A stretch of 64,000 nucleotides of DNA from contig CM060734.1 in NCBI GenBank assembly GCA_030704615.1, positions 46,562,001-46,626,000 of the forward strand, given 5' to 3'. Origin of the DNA: Takakia lepidozioides (taxonomy: Eukaryota; Plantae; Bryophyta). The notes below the pieces were generated by a model, which was given only the letters and a program-made list of their open reading frames with translations, ran no database searches and had not been told where the DNA came from. Below, in pieces: positions 13,609 through 26,922 of this stretch (its first letter is position 1; each line of letters begins with the position of its first letter). Both the position numbers and the translations under genes were made by a program.

Positions 13609-15184
13609 ATGGCGGAAGAGGGCAAATTGCAGAGGTTTGGAGAAAATGTGTGGGAGAGGCTGAACAGGGATTTGGTAGAGGTGATTTTAGCGCGCTTGCC
13701 TTTGCTCAGCGTGGAGGTAGCCAAGAGAGTGTGCAAGCAGTGGTACGTCCTTATCAACACCCCTCAGTTTGATGCGCTGCATACTCAGCTGGCACAAGCG
13801 CAGCCCCGACTCATTCTCTATGGAACGAACTATCTTGTTCCCAGAAAGAGCCAAGCGTTTGCATTCGACCCGGTCACTGGGGGATGGGAACTGTTGCCCC
13901 CTCCCTCTCTCCCTCCTCACAATTTGGGCACGCTGGCGGGTAGAGAGGGGTTCGTTTTTGCCATATCTGGCCCCAGTAAGATGAATCTTCGGTACAAGCT
14001 TAGCCCAACGACTAAAGGGGAATGGCGAGAGGCAGGTCCCATGAGTTTCCCTCGTAGTGCTCCCGTTGTGGGTCTGGTTCAGAAGAGTGGGTCCGATGCC
14101 CACATGCTCATTGTGGCGGGCGGGGTCCCTGATTACGAACCCGAGCACTTGGCAGTGGAGGTTTTCGACTCTGCAACAGGTACAAGTCACGTCCAAACAT
14201 GAAGGGGTAGCATCCGGTCAGACTTGTAGCTGGCCACATTTGTAGCTCCTGCACTACACAGGCCATTTCTGTAGGTTAGTTTTCCTTGTGGGTTAGCATG
14301 GGCTTCTATAAACAGTTTGCAGGGTTGCCAGTCGCAGCATGGCATCTCGTGATGCAGAGAATTTAGTAGCAAAAACCTCGACTTTCTCTTTGAAGATTTT
14401 TGTAGTTGTCAGTAGGTTGATTTTGCTGTCTTTCGCATTTGTAATAGATGAAAGCGAATTCTTTAATTGAGGTCTTGCATCTGCTCGCATATATTTATAG
14501 TGGTCTCGTATGCTAGCCAAAGGTAGAAAGGTACTAGTGTTTGCGGATGTCCAGGTAATTTGCTATTTACGGCAACTCATGCCTGATCTGACTTCAGTTA
14601 CTGTCCCAGGTGCTTGGGAGATCCTGGACAGCCTTCCTTCTGAGTTTCGGGGAGGCAGCTCCAGGCATTGGATCACCGGTGCTCTTTGTAATGGGAAATT
14701 CTATGTTTCTCAAATTCACTCGTGGTGTATTGTAGCGCTTGATCTGCAGGAGAAAAGGTGGATCGCTGTACAATGGATGTCCCCTCCTAGCATACTGTAC
14801 TCTTACCTTTTGTCGTTCAGTGGAACACTTCTGCTTGCAGGAGTGTGCCGGGACGCGGAAGGTGACAATATTGGTTTGAAACTCTGGAGCATCGACCCAC
14901 AAACCTCCGAATACAGAGAGATAGGATGTATGCCAAAAAGTTTATTAGCAGTCTTTGGAAACGTTGCAAATGAGGCAGTTGAAGTTAAATGCCTGCTTAG
15001 TGAAAGCCTTCTGTATGTGTTCAGTCTATCGTGTCACAAGGGCTATCCAGTGGTCGTTGGTGAAATCTCGCCGAATGCCCACTGTATTAAGTGGCAAGCA
15101 CTGCCCAATCTGCCTGCAAGCGGATTTCGTTTTGACCACATGGTTGAGCTCTTTCTGCACCTCGGTGAGCTTGACAGTGTGTGA
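13609..15184 (+). CDS. F-box/kelch-repeat protein (2 exons: 13609-14179, 14610-15184)
   Basis: F-box WERLNRDLVEVILARLP...VCKQW, then kelch-like repeats (LIVAGG...AVEVFDSATG|AWE). The GT-AG intron 14180-14609 joins in frame. Possible 1-nt frameshift near 15145. Confidence 0.88.
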
Positions 15185-15318
15185 TCACCTAGTAGATTAT
15201 GCCCCAAAAATTGTGTAGAATGTAGTGCAGTCCTTCCTATTATCATTTCCATTTATGTGTGCTCAGAAAGTTATTGGCATGCACATGTCTAAGATGATGT
15301 GCTGCAGGTGTCTAGAAC

Positions 15319-18300
15319 TCAGCGAGAGCCACTATGAGAAATATCTTGTGTTGCAAAAAGGGTGTTGAGAATTGTCGCCAGCCTCACTCCTCCTTGCGCT
15401 AGCCTCCTCTCCACGATGGGTAAGCGTGACAGAAAATACTCATCTGCTATCACATTCCAGTATGTACACATGAAACGGTATATCATGATCTCACTTGAAG
15501 ACTGGCATGTAGGACTCTTTCATCCTACACTGTCTATCGACACGTGATTATATATATTTCCCTAACCCTTTCGCCTCTTTAAGGAGTGGAAAGGCACCGT
15601 ACTCAGCATTTACAGAGACCAGAATTAGCATCTCTTTCTATCTACTGATTTGGTTTCTTCAATTTTGAGACTGATCATGTTGCTTTTCTCGACGTCCTCG
15701 TACACGTTCTATTGATGATCGGCGCTCCACCATGCTGAAAAAAGTACAAAATTCCCTTCTAGGCAGGACCAGAAAATCTACGTGGAGAAGTAAATCTTTT
15801 GCTCAACTCATCTGGCTGTTTCTGATGATCTGTCAATTGGCGTGGGGCGAAGCCACCCCAAAAGATTCCTATGACCTTTTATCTCGAACGTTCTCCATCT
15901 ATAAAGTACGTGCACCATTGAAGCACCAGATCGGCAACACCACCTGGATGCATCTTCCAGTCTTTGCACAAGCAGCAGCCGAAGACTATCAAACGGATGT
16001 TAAGTAGTTACTGTACCTCTTAGAGTCGTTCCAGGAGTGGCGCCCTTGTAGGCCCACTTGCATGCCAATTTAATGCTCTCCGCAGCGTATCTGCAAGTTC
16101 ACAGTAACAATCAACGAAGAAGATATATGTACTTGCAAGTTATCAAATTATTGGTAGAAGATTCTTTCAAGTAAGATCAGTGGGGAAACTAGACGGTCGA
16201 GCCCGAGACGATCTGGACCCACGCCAACTTTTTGAAGTAGAATGGGTATAACCTACACATCAGGACAGGAAATCTCGCCGTCTGCGCATTGAGCCCACTC
16301 CTGCGCCTCGTCAGCCCAAGCACTCTGCGGAAATTATACGACCGTGACGTATGAGCAATATTGTTCTTTTAAAACTTGGATCAAGAGATGGGCAATGGAT
16401 GATCCAGTCATCTGTTGCGCGTGTAATCAGACTGAAATATCATAAAACAACAGCATCAGAACTAGTTTGCGAAGAAGTATCCAATTTGAACTCGTGCCAA
16501 ACCTGGGTTGTCTGTAACTGCACGCTGAAACAGATATCTAAAAAGACACTTACACCCTCCATACATCTTGGACAACGGAGAAAAAGGGAGGGGCAATCTC
16601 GAAGTACCGTTGTGTTGTTAAGGATGGCATCAGCCATGATGAGAATGTCGGAGTCATAGAACTGTTCAGTAGCCCTCTTTATAAACTCGTTGTCCCATAC
16701 CTGCCAGGATGTCAGACACAACAAGTTAGTCCAGGTTCAGCAGAACTACAAACAACCCTTGGTCATGTCGTTGTAGCGACATGTTAAGAGCTTTTGGCAG
16801 TACAATCACAAGTGTTGTGTACAAAGGTTCCAGTATATTTAAGACGTTTGTTCTTCGTCAATTAAGGAAACATCACACGAAAGTTCGAACGTAATTTGAT
16901 ATCTTCTCTCCTTTCTTACATAAAAACAGAGAAAAGCCGAAAGCATCCATGGGACTCAGCAAAAATAGCCCGAGGAGATGTACGTACGTGGTGCAAGTTA
17001 TACTTTCGAGTATACCAGTGGACAGTGATGGTGTTACCTCCTCCATCCGAGGTGAAACCCACATGCAAGGGCTAGAATACACACAATTTTCAACTCAGTT
17101 GGAGTTGGAGCAGTGTACGAGAAAGAGAGCTATTGAAATTGAACCGGGGAAAACGAAAATTTGCACTGAAAACACACTGGACCATCCTGATCTCGAGAGA
17201 AAAGCATAAGATTGCGAGGCGACAAAAAAAACCTCGGGGCATTCATATACTCTCTGCAGGAAAGAAGGCCCGAACCTGGTGGATGTCTCCCACAAAGTGA
17301 GCCAGAAAGAGGAGTGCCTCTGTCAAATTATCTGTCCAACCGGCCACAGATCTTAGTCAATTAGCAATGTGCAACCCGTTATGAAGTCAGTCTTGTAATT
17401 TGTACAGAATATCTAACTATCGAGAGCTTGACTGACGAAACTATAGGAGGGGGAGGTACTTACAACTCTGTCTATTTTCAAGATCGACATCAAGGAAAGG
17501 AGCACTCAAGCTGGGCGGGAGCAAGTCAAGTGAAGTCAACTGGGAGGTGTAGTTGTTGATGGCGCCAGAAACACACACATCTTGGTGGCCGTGACTATCA
17601 TGACAGTCGCCTGTGCATCCCCATGATATCAAAACGTAAAATTAGCCACTGCACAACACCGATTGTGTGACTAACCAGTGGAACCACATGTACCACAGTT
17701 AGACTCGAGGCTTTAGTACCCGAGTCCCTATCAGCTGGTGTCTGGAGGGGAAAAATTCTTGAGGATATTTTGCTTCAAGAGTTCTGCAAGGTATGAATCC
17801 ATGACTTCCACAGATCATTTGAGCATAGATCAATAAAATTCCCCTACAAATTTGTTGTTTTGAACTGCATGACGCTCACTTCGCCTTTCACGAACTTACA
17901 GAGTGAGAATCCTTGTGTACAGCTTGTTCACAGTAGCTGACTACGTTACATCCAACATGGGTGGTAACGAGTTATTCAGCTCTCCAAAAGCAGCTGGCGT
18001 GTTGATACAAGGAGGTCTGGTGAAGGAAAGAGATGTACGGTGATAATCGTAACGACAGAGGAAGTCGGGTGTGTCAGCGTAGTGCAGAGCGCTGCTCCAT
18101 CTGTATTTCGATTTCCGCTTCACATCGTCAGCCCATGTACAAAGGCTTGTCAAGCTACCATTGGCGGACTCAGGGAGCAGATTTTCCACCGCTTTCACTG
18201 CTGCAGGCTCGAGAAGTTGCTGCACTGAGGCAAAACGTCTTTGGAATTCAGTGATTGATCGGCGGCATGAAGATGAGATTCACTTCTGTGCTATAAAAGC

Positions 18301-18485
18301 ATCTACAACATGGATCTGTATGTCTGTGTTAACTTGCATTGGCGTGAGCGTGTGAAGAAGCAGGGTACCTCAGCAATCAGGCAAGTAATGTGGTGTCCAT
18401 CAGCTCCCCAAGCTACAACACTGATCGTCTGAAATTGCAGCACGACCAACAGCGCTACAACAGCAGCTGGAACCGGGTGAGCCAT
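15319..18485 (-). CDS. S1/P1-family bifunctional endonuclease (ENDO/BFN1-like), 9 exons, with signal peptide
   Basis: Exons encode a signal peptide + WGADGH, WADDVK...SSALHYADTPD, CVSGAINNYT, NLTEALLFLAHFVGDIHQ, PLHVGFTSDGGGN...NLHH, VWDNEFI, AWADEAQEW, YAAESIKLACKWAYK, and DEYFLSRLPIVERRLAQGGVRLA (stop at 15319-15321). Confidence 0.95.
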
Positions 18486-19158
18486 CGCATGCAACGATTG
18501 TGTGTATATCAATAGAACGTTTACTTCCCACCTTTCTAGCAGAGTTCATGGCTTGTAGGAGGCGTTCATGGCCATGAACACGCTACGTACACGGAATTTT
18601 GTAACAAGCTTCCCGCCATCGCAATCCTCAGGGAGTTGCCTTGTACGCAACGCAACTTTAACACGCCAGGAATGTGCTGCCCGACTCTAGCATCTCAGGA
18701 CCAACATCACACGCCACACATACCCAAAGCATTCCAAGACCTTCCCGACCATTTCCTTATCTCCCATTTCATGTATCTTTCACTGCCATCTCCAGTTCTC
18801 AGCAGGACTCTGAGAGAAATGGAAGTATTTGGTTCCTACAAAGTTGTGCTTCAAGATGTTGTGAGCAACTTCAGAGCAATATTTTTATTAGCAAACATTC
18901 TCCTGTTGAGCGTGATTTGGAAAACTGATAGATTGTCAGTAAAAGGTCGCCTTATCTGCCTGGTCTCCTTCCCAAACTGGAGGATTGCAATGAAGTCTTA
19001 ATCCTGATCAAAGAGACAAGCTTGATAGTACCCAGCCTGTCATCTTACTCTGCTAGGAATGCGTAAAAGAAGAAAAACATCCTGCAAAACAGTGACAAGA
19101 AAGTATAGACAAAATTGTCCGCTCGGCATACTGTCTTCAAAAGTCAATCAATTCGCAC

Positions 19159-22100
19159 TCAATCAGTTGGCTTAGCATGACTAGCTAGCAGTTCTTTGCT
19201 GGCTTCAGCAAGAAAGGCAGCTGCTTGCTCTGCAACTGAGGGCTTCTTCCTTTGCTGGGATTCATTGTTGGAGACTGTGGCATTGTCTGACCTCTTTCTG
19301 CGATTCTGATTTCTACCCTTTCCTCTGCCAATTTCTCGCACCTGCCTTCTTTGCTCTGTAATACACAGAAAAGAAAGTCAGATAAACATATAATACAAAA
19401 GTACATGTGAACACTGCTGCAATTGTGAGGTGCTGAGCAATGTACAAATCCCACTATTCCATCCAGATCATTAGCTGCTGAGAGGGCAATTTTGTGACAG
19501 CGTTCACTCCTCCTGGACTAACCCACATAGTATTATCCCCCAGGAACTATGCCCTCAAGACTGATCCCGGGCCTCCAGTTGATGGCAATAGGGCTCAGAG
19601 AGGCAAACTCTCTATGGAACTTGTGTCATCCTCTCTTCCAATCTAATTATATGTACAAAACAACAGTAAAGGACCAGAAAAGCAATCATTTCCCTAGTAG
19701 TGTAGTCTCTAATCCCAGTGCAACCAGCAGACAAAGAACGAAAGAAGAGTTCTAACTGAAAGGAGCAAATGAGGGCAACTGATTGAGATGAATAATCTTT
19801 TCATTTAATGACTGAGCTAGTGTTATCCCAACTTTATTTTTTTGATCAATTAAAGAGTGTCAAGTCCCAAGGCAAGCACATCAGACACCTCAATGATGCA
19901 TGCAAGCACAGATAGAAGGAACAATGTACAGGTGTCAATTGTGTTTCGTCTAGGACTCTCAATACAGAGTTCCATGGCTTGACAAGGGATCCATTTGCTT
20001 ATTGGAACGAAAGATCCTGTCTCGAAGGGGGAGGAGGAGAGAAGAAGCCTCTCACTTGCATAAATCAACCACCAAAAGGCCGGAAGAGGTGGCAAAGCTA
20101 TGAAGAATTTGATGGTTAAGATGATTGAACACTTGTCAACTAAGGTTGCTCAACAGACTACAGAGAGTGAGTCTGATTTCATTGTACCTTCAGATAAGTC
20201 TGGGATTGCATGTTCAATGAATCGATTTGCTGCTTGGACATTGATAGATGATGTTGGTTTTGACGGAGCTGCAACCGCAGTGATTTACACAAACATGAGG
20301 TGAGAACAAGCCTCTCTATTGGGTCAATATGCTTTACAAGGCTACAGAACATCAGCTTACTGGATCGACAGAGCAAATCTCTTCTCTGCTCTCCCAGTTG
20401 TCCATCAAACAGACATCCACTGTTTGACGCTTGCATGGTCCTTTATGGGATATTAAAATTTCAATTTCCTTTGCATATGAATGCAGAACATCATCAAGTT
20501 GGTGGTAGAGAATCTTACCTTTGCTTCGATCAACTGCTAGCTGAACCTTATCATGATATAAGCTCACCCTCTCCTGCCATAAACAAAAGACACCTCAACA
20601 CTTCCGACATAGGTTCAATCCTCTTTAAAATACAATACAACGACATTGATATGGCACCTGCTTTCAGCTAAACTAATCTCAGTGAGACATGGATAATGCA
20701 AAATGTTGGTCTCCACACTGATATGTTTTATTTCAGACACCCACCCTTTTCGCCAAAGTTAATCAACTGTGAAGTGCATTTCTTCTTCTAACACTGAGTA
20801 CTCTGGTCAGGCAGTGCTGTTAGAAACTACCCCAAAACACCTGCTGCACAACCCTGACAGATCCAGTTTGTACATTCATTCCTGCAGTAGCACACTTAAA
20901 TGGTTTAAAGTAGTTTATTGAGGTTCCACATACGCAGGCCAGGTAACCAGGGGTCCATAACATGATTCACTTATTCAACAGTAGAGGCAAAGGCTGTTAA
21001 TCCTAATAACCATTATTTGCATACCAGAGGGCTTCTGTTTGACTTAAGAGGGGCCTTAAGTTGTCCAAACGTGCAACTTTAAAGCCTCCAAGTTGACAAC
21101 ACTGGATCAAAATATATGCTAGAGATTGGAAAATCCCTGTAATGCCACATTAAAGCCACATTAAGGCTCTGTCAGACATGGTGGGCTAAAGAAGAATGGA
21201 GATGTTTGCTGGGTATGCAAGCAGGGATGATTTCCTTCACGGTCTCTCATAATACGCACATCTTGAGAATCAGGTAAGACCTATAATTTTCTCAACTTCA
21301 AGAGTGTGAGGGTAAATTTACAATTATTTCTTCAAGGAGTGTGTAAAAATTTCAAACCCAAATGAGTGATTTGACCTAGGCACAGAATTCACAAAGAAAG
21401 AATCCAGATGCCTTTGAAGCTGGGAAGACAGAGAGGTGCACCAGTTCTGACTTTGCATGCTGATTTGGAGACTCCCCTTTTGTCCTCAAGTGTACTACAA
21501 AACCAACATCCAATTTTAACTCAGATATTGCAAAAGAACGTTTGCAGCAAAACTTCGCACTGAGACTCAATCCGTTAGTTCAGCCTTTTGCGAGTTAAAA
21601 CCTAGGAAAGCACAAAAGAGAACACATTTCGTTTGCCTTCAAACAGAGGCCTTTAATCCTTTGACGATGTTTTCCCTTCAAATGGCGGTACTGGTCATGA
21701 CTAAATTGGCACTCAGAAACATTTCTGCCTTAGTCAGAGTCTCAATCCTACCAGGAAACCCTAATTCAATTTCCCAACTGCCAACTAAGCAAAACAAAAT
21801 AAACTTGCAGCACAATGAGTGCTACAGGCCGATGCCCGGGAGCATCGACAGTAGTTTGGGAAGACATTTCGAATTCCACATATTTAGAAAGGCCAAACCA
21901 CATGTTTAGAGCTTGCTGGTGACTTATCAATCAAACCCAATAAAGAGGGGACGGTCCCACAAGCTTAAAAGCAATTGAGGGCTTAGGAAAGCGGAGACAG
22001 TTGAGCTTACTGCAGAACAACGCGTTCACGGCCTTCGACAGACAAAGGAAGGTCGACGCGCGGTCCAGCGGTGCGAGGAGGGAGATTGACTCCCGAGTGC

Positions 22101-22203
22101 AGGCAGAAAGCAGCAGCCGCACCTGCTCCTCCAAGGTGTTCACTGCACCGTCCAGCTGGGCCACCGTGTCCAACACCTTCTTGGGCACCGCCCCTTCCGC
22201 CAT
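19159..22203 (-). CDS. C1D/Rrp47 nuclear exosome cofactor (Sas10/Utp3/C1D family), ~5 exons
   Basis: Exons: LAPLDRASTFLCLSKAVNALF (22010-22203); LRTKGESPNQHAKSEL (~21443-21495); SLYHDKVQLAVDRSK (~20518-20565); PSKPTSSINVQAANRFIEHAIPDL (~20190-20270); basic tail SVAEQAAAFL (19159-~19355). Confidence 0.85.
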
Positions 22204-22590
22204 CGCCACACCTCTGCTCGACGTTGCTTAGAAGCTCAGCAAAGCTTTAAACTCCGACATTGTACCACTCATCCTCTGCATTTCCCAAAACGATTCATAC
22301 CAACTCAGAGAGAAATCTCTCGCTCTTCCTTCTCCCTTCTCTCTAATTTCTTCTCCTCAATCTGCGTGCCCTCAATCTGCTGAGCATCTGCTCATACCCT
22401 TTACTTACAGGGCTCCCCACGATTCCACCACAATGCAGATGCTCACATCCGAGAGAACATTCCATCTCAAAATATCCCTTTTCTTTATTGTTCTTTACTT
22501 ATTTTTTAATCTCTGCTGACTCGGATTTGGCTGTCCAATTGTCAAACCCAATCAAACTCGCTTGCCACTTGTCTCTTCTCCTTCCCCTTC

Positions 22591-22654
22591 TTCCTAGATC
22601 GTTCTCGTAGTTTCCAGAGGACGAGGCCGTTACACAGTCTCGATGAGTATAAAT
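22591..22654 (+). promoter_or_regulatory. Heat-shock element plus TATA box of the sHSP gene
   Basis: Six alternating imperfect pentamers tTCCt aGATc gTTCt cGTAg tTTCc aGAGg (22591-22620), then TATAAAT at 22648-22654, upstream of an sHSP ATG. Confidence 0.75.
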
Positions 22655-22823
22655 CACTACTTCACGCAGTTCATCTCAACAATCTCGTACTTCTCGCGAA
22701 TTGCTTTTGCCCCCGCATTCTTTGCCTTTCCTGATCTTTCTCGAGTTCATTCAGCTCCAGAGTTTTCTTGTCTCGTTCCGAGTGGCAGCATTGTCTTTGA
22801 GTGAAGGAGTAGGAAATTACTCT

Positions 22824-23503
22824 ATGGCTCTCTCATCGTTCTTTCATCGTGGAGGAAACAGTGTCGTCGATCCCTTCACCACTCTGTGGGATCCGCAGTC
22901 GGATTTCTTCGAGAACTCCCCATTTCAGCAGATGGCTCGTCATGCAAACGCTATTGCGAGTACGCAGGTTGACTGGCGTGAGACGCCTGAGGCCCACGTC
23001 TTCAAGGCCGACCTTCCTGGTAATGTGACCTTCTCTTCCATCCCTGGCTTGTTTCGCAAATGGCTGATAGTGGAGCTGGTGATGAATGGTGCTGCGCTAG
23101 GGCAGTGGTTGATTTCCAATGTTCTTTATTTGCCTTCGAAGTACGGTTGCAAATCAACTATGAGGCCGAACTGAGGACGGAGTAAAGACTCCAAGTTCAA
23201 GAATCTAATTTAGCTCCTGTGCGATGTGATGTATTAGGCTTGAAGAGGGAGGAGATTCAAGTGCAGGTGTTGGAGGGACGTACACTGGAGATCAGTGGAG
23301 AGCGGAAGAAAGAAGAAGTACAAAAGGGGGACACATGGCACCGTGTTGAGCGGTCTCAAGGCAGCTTTCTGCGCCGGTTTCGTCTGCCAGAGAACGCGAA
23401 TGTTGATGAAGTCAAAGCGCAGGTGGAGAATGGGGTTCTCACTGTCACCGTTCCCAAATGCCAGAAGCCAAAGCCTCAGGTTCGCCAGATCGAGATCGCT
23501 TAG
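22824..23503 (+). CDS. Small heat-shock protein (HSP20, cytosolic class I-like), 2 exons (22824-23019, 23238-23503)
   Basis: [17 protein letters not shown]|GLKREE...[21 protein letters not shown]...[11 protein letters not shown], with a C-terminal IEI motif. The GT-AG intron 23020-23237 joins in frame. Confidence 0.96.
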
Positions 23504-24295
23504 TGCGATTTCCTTCAGCGGATGTTGTGTCTCTTTCCTCTCTATAACGTGCCTTCGCCATGTACGCACGCTGTTGCAGACAGACAGCTGCGCTAGCTAT
23601 TGAGGGTTAGTTAAATGAGACTGTCTGAGACATAAGTCTGAGACTATGCACACTTTCTAGAAGTGCTTGTGCAGTCAGGAACTTGAAATTAGCTCCAGGA
23701 TTAGCTACATATGATATTTTGGTGCACTGCTCCAACCAAAGACATTCTTCTGCTTGTCAGAGAAGATGGTCAGAAATGCAGAGTGTAGTTTCATATGGGC
23801 ATGCTCCTTGCTCAAGAAATAAGCTTCTGTGGAATCATATGATAAGCATACTAATGTAGCATAATGGATGAGCGATATCCCGCCTGGCAGGTTTGACTGT
23901 ATGGTGGAAGTAACAATGAGAACAATAGCATTTGTTTTCCCCTACCTCAATGTGATGGTGCAATGTTACCCTGACTATTGTAGCTTTTTGTCAATAAGTT
24001 TAATGTAGATGTTTACTTTATCCTCCAGTCGAATGTGCTGCAAAGTGAATTCCTGACATAATTCAAAGAATATGAGCTACTTAAGAAGATTAAAATTACC
24101 ACGAGTGTGACAATGAACAAAGTAAGATGGAAAAGCTCTTTTACAGAAACGTGATCAATTTCCTGTACACATCCCAAGCAATACATGAGGAGTATATCTT
24201 CAGCCCACTCTAACAGTTGTCTGAAAAAATCAAATGAAATTGCAGCGAACTTACTCAACTGAAATTTGAATGTTCAACTATAAACCTTCCTCATC

Positions 24296-26388
24296 TTACT
24301 GAATCTTCATTGTGACTTTGTGAATATGGTTTTCTTGTCGTTACTGTTACTGTTCTTTTCACTCTGGAAACATACCACTCCTGCAGGCAGGTCCATCTTT
24401 GCAATCAAAGAGTTTGTAACCACCATTTCTGGAAGGCGCTTCTCCATTTCCTGCAAGATAAAAAAAACAATAAAAAGTTTGATGGGCCTATCCAGGCATA
24501 TGTCTCTCAGGTAGGACTTTTAACCACAACACCAGTGTGGGAACAACCTATTTAGATAAAGATTCTTTAACGTCCAGTGAATTTACAGAGCCTATTTAGA
24601 TTGAGGTCTTGATCTGTAAATTAATGGACCTCCACTTGCAGGAGAGATTACAAGGGTGAACTGAACAATGCAGTGATACCATGTGCTACTGACGAAGCTG
24701 ATCACTAAGCTCTTTAATTTTCAGGGAATACACTGCCCATCTGCCTATCACACCTTCAAGGAAAGAGGGTGTGTAGATGGAGTTGAGAAAGTGCAGAACA
24801 CAAGCACGTTACCTGGAGGGTGTGACTAAGATCTTCTGCAAGACGCTTAAAACGTGATTCTTGAATAATACTTGGAAACAACCAGCATCCACCCCCACCC
24901 AATTATCAGACCACACTAGTACACACTCTCTTAGTACTGGCCCTTGTACTTGGGTAACACTTCCAGCCTTTTGCAGCTGATGCACTCCCAGAAGCCTTTC
25001 ACCTTCCCAAACTAGGAGCAGCCAGCACAAAATGACAACAAAGTTAGTATACATTTGCAAGTTCACAAAGCAAAAGTCCCAACATAAGATCATCGAAGAC
25101 AGTGAATTCTTGCTCAAAATCGCATTTCTAGTCATCCCAGAAGGTGACCAACCCACCTTATCACTTCCATATTCACAAAACGCTTCAGCAATGCTCTGCA
25201 TCAACAAGCCTGTCACCATCGCACTCTGGCATTGCGGCGCAGTTCAGCCAAAAAACCTACAGGTCCTTCAAATCTCTAAGACTCAACCAAAACCATTATA
25301 TGTTGTCGTGGCTTCAATGTTGCTTGCTGTTTGCCATGCATGCGCTCTGCACTTATGCATGTTCATTCCACCTGCTCTGGCCCACCTTTTTCATGAGGCT
25401 GAGATTTATTTAGTAAAGCGCCAGTGCCCAACTGACCATATATTTTGTCCTCTTTTGACGACTGGTTTGTTCCTCCTGTTAGACAGTGGATAGGAAGTTC
25501 AGGTAATGGTTTTGGCATTGCAAAACACTGGACCCAGTTCGACAGTGAAACCATTATACGAACTTCCTATCCATCACTCCAGTCTAAGAGAAGGAACAAA
25601 CCAGTCATAAAAAGATGACAAAAATTTATGGTCAGTTGGGCACTGGAGCTTCATGAAATAAGTCTCAACTTGTGGGCCAGAGCAAGTGAATACTTGAACA
25701 AGCAGAAGCTAAATAGCAACCAGCAGAGCATATGCATGATAAACAACAAGCAACGTCCAACATTGAAGCCACTGAAACCACAATACCAGACAGTTTGGTA
25801 CCGAAATTTGGGAAGCTTTGACAACTTCTTATCTTCCAGAGTGCTGTTCAGCATACTGGACTGATGCTGCAAAGGCCAACAGGAGGTTTCAACATATCTT
25901 CCTGTTAACCTCTACATTGAAACTCAAAGAGCAAATGGTAAAAAAAAGCTGGATACAAGAAGAATGGTAGAGAAATGAAACGAAATGAAATGGTGGAGAG
26001 AGAGATGACTCCGGGTGTAGCCACATACCTCGTCAGACTATACACACTAAAACCTAAAGTGTGCAGAGAGTAGGCTTATGAGAATCACTTCGTTTAAGTT
26101 GGGCCCGTTCGAATGGAGAGAAGAACAATTTTATCGTTGAGAGTCTTCCAGGCCCGTGCTTTATAGCACAACTGAATGATGGCAACTACCACCTTCATCG
26201 TTCCAGAAACATCAGCAACAAGCCGCATTTGTTTCTCTAGATTCAAAAATGTCTCTATCGCTGCATCCAGCTTCTTTTCCTGTTATGCATCACAAAAATC
26301 CAGTAAACAACTCATTTTCCAATTGCACCACTTGCAGCTCTACTGCAAAATCGCCGCTAGAAAACAGAACGACACTGCAGTACACCAT
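24296..26388 (-). pseudogene. RPN5: 26S proteasome lid subunit RPN5/PSMD12 pseudogene, N-terminal and C-terminal exons
   Basis: Minus-strand pieces: [27 protein letters not shown]...[12 protein letters not shown] (26100-26280); RKIC*...HQSSMLNSTLEDKKLSKLPKF (25801-25905); LLKRFVNMEVIRW (~25100-25195); EMEKRLPEMVVTNSLIAKMDLPAGVVCFQ (24296-24450). Contains stops, frameshifts and deletions. Confidence 0.88.
25308..25772. repeat. ~465-bp imperfect inverted repeat (foldback)
   Basis: Paired arms: gtggcttcaatgttg 25308-25322 / caacattgaagccac 25758-25772; gctctggcccac / gtgggccagagc; ccagtgcccaactgaccata / tatggtcagttgggcactgg; gactggtttgttcct / aggaacaaaccagtc; ggataggaagttc / gaacttcctatcc. Centre ~25530. 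Confidence 0.92.
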
Positions 26389-26922
26389 CTCCGATAGTTC
26401 AATGACTCTTGCAGAAACGTAAAGTGAAGCGTCACCACACCGAAACGGACATAACCTCGGTAGACATGGATTCCAAGCACTATGCACAGACGGAGTTGTT
26501 CCTTTAACAGAGCATCCAACTGCAGGTCAAATGCCTTACAATCATGACAGCCTTACAATCATGACAGCCGTTGCCTTAGTCCATAAAGTTTTGGCTAGTC
26601 AGTCAAATGTTCAGGGTTGTCACGTTGTCACATATTCCTTTGCACACTATGTAGTCTGGACTAGGGTTTGTTAGAAAGGTGTATTTAGGAAGCTGAAATG
26701 GGTTTGCATGGGGTTTGGGCAGTCACTGACTGCCGTGGTGCAGCAAGCCATTCATTACATGGAGGACATTCCAGACCTTGACACACGCAACAATGTCTCG
26801 AGTGGCAAGGTGCGAAATAGCATCTCAGTCCTTCCAGACAGTAGAAGTTCTAATGCATGCAGTGTCAATTCTTTGTGAAGCAGCTCATTCTTGTTTCATA
26901 CTTTATGCAGTGTTTAATTAGA

